A stretch of DNA of 64,000 nt from an uncultured Clostridia bacterium (GTDB lineage Bacteria; Bacillota; Clostridia; Oscillospirales; Acutalibacteraceae). The notes beneath the pieces are model-generated. The model was given only the letters and a program-made list of their open reading frames with translations. It searched no databases and was not told where the DNA came from. The DNA is taken from positions 22,078 through 86,077 of the forward strand of contig CAMJJL010000002.1 of NCBI GenBank assembly GCA_946406145.1, in the 5' to 3' direction. Below are positions 57,525 through 64,000 of the stretch, one piece after another; positions within the stretch are counted from its first letter, which is position 1; each line of letters begins with the position of its first letter. The translations under genes were made by a program, and so were the position numbers.

Positions 57525-57656
57525 AGCATACTCCAAAATGATATAGAAACATTATAGCACGTTTGTTCTACTATTTCAAGTATTTGTTATTTGATAACTG
57601 TCCCCACTTTTTACGGGACAGCGATTCAAATTACACTTGAAAGGAGGCGATGCCTT

Positions 57657-57882
57657 ATGATTGTTCCCATTAAGCCTGAGCAGGTTGAACAGGTAAATGC
57701 CCTTGTGCGTTCTGCCTGCGCCAACTGCCTAGACGGGCTGTCTGCTGTTGGATAACGGCGACAGCCACCCTTGTGTACAGCTGCTTTCGGTGTACGGTAT
57801 CTACTGCAATTATTTTTGGAACGCAGTTTTACCCACTAATCAAAAGCTGTATCAATCTATCATCCAAAATAATCAAATTTAG
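57657..57882 (+). pseudogene. Frameshifted Cys-rich VLP-family gene
   Basis: Frame 1 reads MIVPIKPEQVEQVNALVRSACANCLDGLSAVG*. The +1 frame continues LLDNGDSHPCVQLLSVYGIYCNYFWNAVLPTNQKLYQSIIQNNQI*. Together they resemble the small Cys-rich VLP proteins of Firmicutes elements (family from recall). Confidence 0.5.
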
Positions 57883-57897
57883 AAAGGACAATCTCTC

Positions 57898-58830
57898 ATG
57901 AAAACATTTAACAACAAATTCATCATCGGTATTGACCACGGCTATGGCAATATCAAAACCGCCAACCACTGCTTCAAGACCAGCATTTCAGCCTATGACA
58001 CCGAGCCGCTGTTTACAAAGGATATGCTCATCTATGACGGCAAGTATTATCTGATCGGCAAAGGGCATAAGGAGTTCCTGCGGGACAAGGTGCAGGATAA
58101 CGACTATTACTGTCTTACCCTTGTCGCTATCGCTATGGAATTGGAAGATGCTAATGTCTATGAAGCCGATGTTATCATCGCCGCCGGACTTCCTTTAGCT
58201 TGGACATGCGGTCAGAAGAAGACTTTTGCGAAGTATCTCTCGCAGAAGGAAGATGTCGCATTTACTTTTCGGGATGTAGATTACAATATCCATATCTCCG
58301 ATGTAAAGATTTTTCCACAGGGGTATTCCGCTATCCTTCCGTACACGCCCCGAATGAAGGGGCTGAGCGTGATGGCGGATATCGGCAACGGCACCATGAA
58401 CATGATGTTTTTGGAGAACGGAAGACCAAAAGCCGAGAGTAAGATGTATACCGAGAAATTCGGAGTCTATCAATGCACGCTTGCCGTCCGCGCGGCTTTC
58501 TCCAAGCTGACGCAGCGAGAGATAGATGATTTCATCATCGACGAGGTGCTTAGAGAAGGTACGGCTGACATCTCCAAATCAGATCTGCAAATCATCACAA
58601 CCACCGCGCAGGAATATGTGGACGGAATCTTCCGCCGTCTGCGTGAGCATGGATACGATTCACAAACAATGAGACTGTATATCTGCGGAGGCGGAGGTTG
58701 CTTAGTCAAGCATTTCTATACCGGGAGCCTTGAGCGCGTCAGCTTTATTGAAGACATCTGCGCCGCTGCAAAGGGTTATGAAGCCCTTGCGGAAATCAAA
58801 CTGAGAGCGGATGAAGAACGTGCAAAATGA
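57898..58830 (+). CDS. ParM/StbA-like actin-fold ATPase
   Basis: 310-aa ORF with RBS AAAGGA. It has phosphate-1 IGIDHGYGNIKT and phosphate-2 ADIGNGTMN. Confidence 0.75.
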   Translation: MKTFNNKFIIGIDHGYGNIKTANHCFKTSISAYDTEPLFTKDMLIYDGKYYLIGKGHKEFLRDKVQDNDYYCLTLVAIAMELEDANVYEADVIIAAGLPLAWTCGQKKTFAKYLSQKEDVAFTFRDVDYNIHISDVKIFPQGYSAILPYTPRMKGLSVMADIGNGTMNMMFLENGRPKAESKMYTEKFGVYQCTLAVRAAFSKLTQREIDDFIIDEVLREGTADISKSDLQIITTTAQEYVDGIFRRLREHGYDSQTMRLYICGGGGCLVKHFYTGSLERVSFIEDICAAAKGYEALAEIKLRADEERAK

Positions 58831-59131
58831 GTATAGGATCAATGTGCGTTTTCGGTTGGATCGTCCTGATGAGAAAGTGGCTGCGGATTATCTCAGCACT
58901 CTCGGCAGATCGAAGAATCAATATATCGTCGATGCGGTAATCAATCAAATCCGCAATCAGGATCATGCCCTGTCCTTCTCGCTCAGCGATATCCGAAAAG
59001 TCGTCAGAGAAGAATTTCAGTCGGTAGCAATCACACTGCCGACTGAAACGAAAGATGACGCAGAGCTGGGCAACGACATGTCTGAGTTGGATCCGAAAGC
59101 GGTTCTGGATTCTCTGTCAATGTTCGATTGA
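58811..59131 (+). CDS. Ribbon-helix-helix protein (ParR-like adaptor candidate)
   Basis: 106-aa ORF that overlaps the ParM-like gene end. It has RINVRFRLDRPDEKVAADYL...SKNQYIVDAV, an RHH pattern. Confidence 0.5.
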   Translation: MKNVQNEYRINVRFRLDRPDEKVAADYLSTLGRSKNQYIVDAVINQIRNQDHALSFSLSDIRKVVREEFQSVAITLPTETKDDAELGNDMSELDPKAVLDSLSMFD

Positions 59132-59189
59132 GCCAAAGCGGCACAGAATTTGATGATTAACAAATCAGATTGAGCCAAAACGGCACAGA
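59126..59189 (+). repeat. Two 22-bp direct repeats GATTGAGCCAAA(G/A)CGGCACAGA
   Basis: Copies at 59126-59147 and 59168-59189 with one mismatch. The first overlaps the stop of the RHH gene. Confidence 0.7.
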
Positions 59190-59232
59190 GATTATTATCC
59201 GATAAAACACTCTCTATACAGAAGTATAGGAG

Positions 59233-59291
59233 CAGTATAAGACACAGAGAAGCCGTCCTGTATTACCGCAGGGCGGGTTTGTCTTATACTG
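59233..59291. promoter_or_regulatory. oriT-like inverted repeat upstream of mobC/relaxase
   Basis: Perfect 12-bp arms CAGTATAAGACA / TGTCTTATACTG separated by 35 nt. Further small inverted repeats lie at 59345-59376 and 59405-59423. Confidence 0.45.
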
Positions 59292-59551
59292 TAGCGAGCA
59301 TAGGTTTTGTTACCACAAAACCGGAACGGCACTCATACTAATCACAGACTGATAAATGAATAATCTTTTCAGTCTGATTTGCACAATACTTCGTTGTCGT
59401 CCTTGATAGGGAGAAACCCTATCTGCGTCCTTCGCCTCGTCTTGCACAAATCATCCTTGAAAATCTCTATCCATTTTCAATCCGTGCTTAGTATGCCGAA
59501 AGGGGCTCATGCCCCTGTAACCCCAAATTCACAATGAAAGAAGGAAAAAAT

Positions 59552-59869
59552 ATGATACAAAAGAATACAGACATCCATATCCGCGTCAGTGAGAAAGACA
59601 AGAAAGCCCTGCAGCGCTATGCAAAGCGTGCGGGGCTTTCTCTATCCGCCTATCTTTTGATGTCCGGTATGAATCAGCCTATCCATGCGAAGCCGAGCAA
59701 GGCGCTTCACGACTGTTACAGCGTTGTCGTGGATCTACAGCAGACCTTCCGTCAATCCACCGAACGCTCCGTTGAACAGCGGTTGAATTATCTCCACGAC
59801 AAGATGTTGGTTGTCTACCACGAACAGGAGGCGGACAGCGGTGGGAACAACCAAGATCTGGGCGATTAA
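59552..59869 (+). CDS. MobC-like RHH relaxosome accessory protein
   Basis: Has IHIRVSEKDKKALQRYAKRAGLSLSAYLL. ATG 59552 follows AGAAGGA. It lies directly upstream of, and overlaps, the relaxase gene. Confidence 0.65.
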   Translation: MIQKNTDIHIRVSEKDKKALQRYAKRAGLSLSAYLLMSGMNQPIHAKPSKALHDCYSVVVDLQQTFRQSTERSVEQRLNYLHDKMLVVYHEQEADSGGNNQDLGD

Positions 59870-61226
59870 GGATAGCCTGTCGCGCGTGCTGGACTACGCC
59901 TCCAATCCGAAAAAGACCGTCTATACCGATCTGAAAAAGGTATTGCATTACGCTGAGCAGGGTTCCAAAACCGTCAGCGATGAAGAAACCTGTTTTGTGA
60001 CCGGCGTGAACTGTAACGCAGAGTCAGCCTTTGAAGAAATGCTGTCCGTTCAGCGGCGCTTCGGCAAGACGGGCGGTAACGTCGCATACCATGCCTACCA
60101 GAGCTTCAAGACAGGCGAGGTCAGCCGTGAGGAGTGCCATCAGATCGGCGTGGAGTTGGCAAAGAAGATGTGGGGCGACGAGTATCAGGTGCTCGTCGCC
60201 ACCCACTTCAATACGGGCACCTACCACAACCATTTCGTCGTAAATGCCGTGAATATGTGGAACGGTAAAAAGTTCAACTGCAACGAAGGCGTGTATTGGC
60301 GGTTTCGATCACTGTCCGATCAGCTGTGCGCCGAACACCATTTGACGGTCATCAAGAATCCGAAGGGTAAAACGCCCCGAAGCATTTACTTTGCGGAGAA
60401 GAACGGAGATCCGACCACGTTCAATCTGATGCGGCAGGCGATCGACTATGCTGTTGATCACGCTATGAGCTTTAAGGAGTTCAAGACCATTATGGCAGAT
60501 CAAGGCTATGTCGTGAATCTCAATGAAAACCGAACCTACTGGACGATCCGCTCCGCGAACAGCAAAAAGAGCGTCCGTATGATCCGGTTGGGAGAGGAAT
60601 ACGGTAATCAAGAGATACAGCGGCGTATTTACGAAAAGTCTGACCGATCTGCATGGCAGCGCAATCGGGAGTATTACGCCGAGCAAAAGGAAAAGCGGTA
60701 TTTCCAACCGAGGCGCTTTGTATTCCGCGGCAGTTTCAAAAAAGCAAAGAAGCATACAGGGATATATGCCCTTTACCTTCACTATTGCTATTTGCTTGGC
60801 AAGCTGCCGAGGTACCACCAGCGACAGCCGCTGTCGCCGGAGATGAGAGAAGCATGGCGGCACTTGGACAGACTGTCCGATCAGGTTCGGCTGATTTCAA
60901 AGCGTGAATTACACTCGCTGGAGGATGTCGGCGGCTTTATCAACGAAACCGACACATCCATCAAAGAGGTCACCGAAGCACGGCAGAAGATTTACAACAA
61001 GCTGCGGCGTTGTGATGACGACGACAAGAGGACGGAATTGCTTTCCCGCCGAGATGACTGCACGACGCTGTTAAAACAGCTACGCAAAGAAAAGCGGGTT
61101 GCCCAAACCATTATTGAGGACAATCCCAAGATCAAAGAAAACATCCGTATCGAAACGCAGGCGCGCAATAAAGCCTACGGATTAGATACCAAACAAAAAT
61201 ATCATACAAGGAGTTACGAACGATGA
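59841..61226 (+). CDS. MOB relaxase (relaxase/mobilisation nuclease family)
   Basis: GTG 59841 lies 9 nt after AGGAGG. It has the N-terminus VGTTKIWAIKDSLSRVLDYASNPKKT and the His motif THFNTGTYHNHFVVN. Confidence 0.85.
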   Translation: MGTTKIWAIKDSLSRVLDYASNPKKTVYTDLKKVLHYAEQGSKTVSDEETCFVTGVNCNAESAFEEMLSVQRRFGKTGGNVAYHAYQSFKTGEVSREECHQIGVELAKKMWGDEYQVLVATHFNTGTYHNHFVVNAVNMWNGKKFNCNEGVYWRFRSLSDQLCAEHHLTVIKNPKGKTPRSIYFAEKNGDPTTFNLMRQAIDYAVDHAMSFKEFKTIMADQGYVVNLNENRTYWTIRSANSKKSVRMIRLGEEYGNQEIQRRIYEKSDRSAWQRNREYYAEQKEKRYFQPRRFVFRGSFKKAKKHTGIYALYLHYCYLLGKLPRYHQRQPLSPEMREAWRHLDRLSDQVRLISKRELHSLEDVGGFINETDTSIKEVTEARQKIYNKLRRCDDDDKRTELLSRRDDCTTLLKQLRKEKRVAQTIIEDNPKIKENIRIETQARNKAYGLDTKQKYHTRSYER

Positions 61227-62053
61227 CAAATATATCAATAACAAAACTACACCCATTCAAAGACCATCCATATAAGGTGCTCGACAACGACGAGATGAAC
61301 AGCCTGATCGAGAGCGTTCAGGAGCATGGCATCATGTCGCCACTGATCGTTCGACCTTTAGAGGGAACCACAGACCAATATGAGATCATCTCGGGACACC
61401 GCCGTTTCCGTGCGGCACAGAAGGCAGGGCTTAGCGAAGTCCCTGCCTTTATTCGTCCCGTCAGCCGTGACGAGGCGGCGATCATGCTGGTAGACAGCAA
61501 CCTCCACCGTGAGCATATTCTTCCATCGGAGAAGGCGTTTGCGTATAAGATGAAGATGGAAGCTCTGTCACATCAGGGAAAAACTTGTGGACAAGTTGGC
61601 CACAAGTCCCGTGAAGATGTTTCCGATACTGACAGCGGCAGACAAGTTCAACGCTACATCCGCTTAACCAACCTCATCCCTGAACTGCTCGACTTGATGG
61701 ACGAGGGCAAGATCGCTTTTTCCGTCGGCGTGGAGCTGTCCTACCTTCCTCCTGAGATACAGCAGGATTTGTTCGAGATCATCGACCGTGAGGACTGCAC
61801 ACCGTCCTATTCACAGGCGTTCCGCCTCCACAAATCTTTCAACAACTGTTCCCTGACCCGTGAGGGGTTAGCGACAGTAATGTCGGAGGAAAAGCCCAAC
61901 CAAAAGGAAAAGGTGAGCTTCAAGTACGATGATCTACGTAAGTATTTCCCGGACAGCTATTCAGTCGGAGATATCCAGCGATATATCCTGAATCTGGTAG
62001 CGAAAGATTATCAGCGCCAGCACAACCGCAGCAGGGAAGGTGACGCACGATGA
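61223..62053 (+). CDS. ParB/Srx-family N-terminal domain protein
   Basis: Has IISGHRRFRAAQKAG (GxRR box). Its start overlaps the relaxase stop (ATGA). Confidence 0.8.
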   Translation: MTNISITKLHPFKDHPYKVLDNDEMNSLIESVQEHGIMSPLIVRPLEGTTDQYEIISGHRRFRAAQKAGLSEVPAFIRPVSRDEAAIMLVDSNLHREHILPSEKAFAYKMKMEALSHQGKTCGQVGHKSREDVSDTDSGRQVQRYIRLTNLIPELLDLMDEGKIAFSVGVELSYLPPEIQQDLFEIIDREDCTPSYSQAFRLHKSFNNCSLTREGLATVMSEEKPNQKEKVSFKYDDLRKYFPDSYSVGDIQRYILNLVAKDYQRQHNRSREGDAR

Positions 62054-62256
62054 AAAGTCTTGATATGCAGGATCACACCAAGCAATACCGTTTGATCGGC
62101 GGGCATCGTGTCAGCATCTCTTTTGCAAAGGATCCCAACCCTGAGCTGTTCACTCAGCTCAGGGACATCCTGCTCACCTGTTCCGACACTTCACACATTT
62201 GTCCCGATCCCCCGAATGATGATACAATTTCATCATCAGACAAGGAGGCGTCGTAA
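62050..62256 (+). CDS. Small hypothetical protein
   Basis: 68-aa ORF with an ATGA overlap upstream. Its stop overlaps the recombinase start (TAATG). Confidence 0.45.
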   Translation: MKSLDMQDHTKQYRLIGGHRVSISFAKDPNPELFTQLRDILLTCSDTSHICPDPPNDDTISSSDKEAS

Positions 62257-63872
62257 TGGAAAAGAATCGTGTATGTTGCCTGTACCGTGTATCGACAGAC
62301 AAGCAGGTAGACTATGACACCAATCACGAAGCAGATATTCCGATGCAGCGCAAAGCCTGTCACCGCTTTGCGGACAAGATGGGTTGGACGATCGTTCATG
62401 AGGAACAGGAGGACGGTGTTTCGGGACACAAGATTCGTGCCGAGAATCGTGATAAAATACAGGCTATCAAGGAGCTTGCCCGAAAGGGCAAGTTCGATAT
62501 CCTGCTTGTATTTATGTTTGACCGAATCGGACGTATCGCAGACGAAACGCCGTTTGTTGTAGAATGGTTCGTCAAAAACGGTATTCAGGTATGGAGCACG
62601 CAGGAGGGCGAACAGCGCTTTGATAATCACATCGACAAACTGCTCAACTATATCCGATTTTGGCAGGCTGACGGCGAAAGCGAAAAGACCTCTATCCGTA
62701 CACGCACCAGCCTCGGTCAGATGGTAGAGGAAGGACATTATAAAGGCGGCTCACCTGCTCTCGGTTATATGCTGGTCAAGAGCGGTCGTATAAACAAACG
62801 CAAGCATGAACTGTATGATCTGAAGGTTAATGAGAACGACGCCGCTATCGTCCGATTGATCTTTGATAAATACACCAAGGAGGGTATCGGTATGCAGAAG
62901 ATCGCCAATCTTTTGAATGACGGTGATTATCCCAATCCTACCGGGAACCGATGGTCGTACAACACCATCCGTAATGTCATCCACAATCCGACCTACACCG
63001 GGTATCTCAGAAGCGGCGACAGCCGTTCGCCCTTCATCCCTGAGTTGCAGATCATTTCGCAGGAACAGTTCGACAGGGCGCAGGAGATCGCAAGCCAAAG
63101 GGCAAAGGTCATGAACAACAGACCTCGTGTGCCGATGAATATGAAGGGTAACGCGCTTTTATCCGGTAACGTCTTTTGCGGTCACTGTGGCTCAAGGCTC
63201 CATCTCTCCACCGCTTGCAAGTATTACACGAAGAAGGACGGAACCCTTGTCAAGAAGCCTCGCGTCCGCTATGTCTGCTACGGTAAGACGAGGAAAGCTA
63301 CCGTGTGCGACGGTCAGTCGATCTATATGCAAAAGAAGCTCGACAGTATCGTCGAGAGCGTCGTGAAAGAGGTCTTTGAGCGTATCAAGGGTGTTCCCAA
63401 GAGCGCCGTCATCAGCTCTCGGTATAAAGAGGAACTGACGATCAGAAAAGCCAACCTCAAACACCGCCAGTCCGAATACGCTAAAGAGTTGGAGAAGCTG
63501 AACAAGCTCCGTGAGGAGGTCGTAAAGTCCATTCAGGGCGAAAGCGCCTTTTCTCAGACAATGCTCGCCGGATTGGTCGAGGAATCCGAAGCACGGGTGC
63601 AGAGCTTAAGGGAACGCTGTGATGAAGCGCAGCGTGAGGTAGAATCCTCGGAGAATCTTATAAAAGATCTGAATGTTCAGTACGACGAGATCATTTCATG
63701 GTCGAGCTTGTATGACAGCGCGTCCACCGAGGCAAAAAAGATGATCGTCAACTCGATGATCAAACGCATCGACGTTTACCGCAACTATGACCTGAACATC
63801 GAGCTGAATATGAATATCCGCCAGTTCTTCCTCGGTATGGAGGAAACAGAGAATATTCCGATTACGGCATAA
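62256..63872 (+). CDS. Large serine recombinase
   Basis: 538-aa ORF with the resolvase catalytic region CCLYRVSTDKQ, a recombinase domain, a Zn-ribbon CGHCGSRLH...YVCYG and a coiled-coil C-terminus. Confidence 0.9.
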   Translation: MEKNRVCCLYRVSTDKQVDYDTNHEADIPMQRKACHRFADKMGWTIVHEEQEDGVSGHKIRAENRDKIQAIKELARKGKFDILLVFMFDRIGRIADETPFVVEWFVKNGIQVWSTQEGEQRFDNHIDKLLNYIRFWQADGESEKTSIRTRTSLGQMVEEGHYKGGSPALGYMLVKSGRINKRKHELYDLKVNENDAAIVRLIFDKYTKEGIGMQKIANLLNDGDYPNPTGNRWSYNTIRNVIHNPTYTGYLRSGDSRSPFIPELQIISQEQFDRAQEIASQRAKVMNNRPRVPMNMKGNALLSGNVFCGHCGSRLHLSTACKYYTKKDGTLVKKPRVRYVCYGKTRKATVCDGQSIYMQKKLDSIVESVVKEVFERIKGVPKSAVISSRYKEELTIRKANLKHRQSEYAKELEKLNKLREEVVKSIQGESAFSQTMLAGLVEESEARVQSLRERCDEAQREVESSENLIKDLNVQYDEIISWSSLYDSASTEAKKMIVNSMIKRIDVYRNYDLNIELNMNIRQFFLGMEETENIPITA

Positions 63873-63878
63873 AATATA

Positions 63879-63915
63879 CCTGCCTGTTCACATCGCGTGA
63901 GCAGGCGGGTTTTTC
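63879..63915 (+). terminator. Rho-independent terminator
   Basis: Stem CCTGCCTGTTCAC / GTGAGCAGGCGGG (with G:U pairs) followed by TTTTT. Confidence 0.6.
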
Positions 63916-64000
63916 ACATCAGGTTTTTACGGATAATATCATAAACTCTCCCGTATTAGCACTGATTTAAGCTCTGTAATAACAGTATTCAAATCTTCGG

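Larger units (their letters stand above)
37766..63915. mobile_element. ~26-kb serine-recombinase element (TnpV ... ParM/RHH, MobC/relaxase, ParB-like, large serine recombinase) with accessory cargo
   Basis: TnpV-family gene at the left end and a terminal large serine recombinase at the right end, with mobilisation and partition-like genes between. Exact ends were not identified; the coordinates are approximate. Confidence 0.6.

Noticed and set aside
63873-64000. Search for the missing tRNA 5' half or a second att/terminal repeat at the right edge of the serine-recombinase element.
   Set aside because: Only a short chance match (CTCTCCCG) to the tRNA D-loop region was seen, with no acceptor or D-stem sequence. 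The window ends at 64000, so the right junction cannot be resolved.

Overview
This 64-kb window looks like a moderately GC-rich Firmicutes (Clostridia-like) chromosome; that assignment is inferred from gene families and GGAGG-type ribosome-binding sites (RBS), not from any search. It has three blocks. (1) 1-20.0 kb is a core carbohydrate locus. It holds an esterase, GH36 alpha-galactosidase, galK, galT, a cytoplasmic BMP-domain protein, a metallophosphoesterase and a LacI regulator. It continues with a sugar ABC importer (SBP, two permeases, YesL, MsmK-type ATPase), a GH32 beta-fructofuranosidase, a fructokinase and an amylosucrase-like GH13 enzyme. (2) 20.5-37.7 kb is a ~17.2-kb integrative mobilizable element bounded by identical 45-bp direct repeats that copy the 3' half of a tRNA-Ala-like sequence. 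It carries a tyrosine integrase, excisionase-like HTH, MobC and relaxase, a P-loop replication-like protein followed by an iteron cluster, and a sigma-like factor. Its cargo is a complete Type I R-M system (HTH-hsdM-hsdS-hsdR) and a DUF3990/DUF3791-HTH gene pair. (3) ~37.8-63.9 kb is a second element directly abutting the tRNA-like sequence. Its backbone is TnpV, a decayed Cys-rich VLP gene, ParM-like plus RHH proteins, MobC and relaxase, ParB-like, and a large serine recombinase. About 15 kb of minus-strand cargo sits inside it: GNATs, a CAT-like enzyme, a kinase, a beta-lactamase-fold hydrolase, an ABC exporter, hydrolases, and MerR/XRE/TetR regulators. The most unusual feature is a two-gene operon at 53.7-57.5 kb coupled by an ATGA start/stop overlap. 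Its ~1000-aa protein carries the signature motifs of eukaryotic-type RNA-dependent RNA polymerases and YonO-like double-psi beta-barrel polymerases (FQIR..KG, RxPH, GGxDYDGD). All calls rest on reading the sequence and ORF translations; no database search was run.
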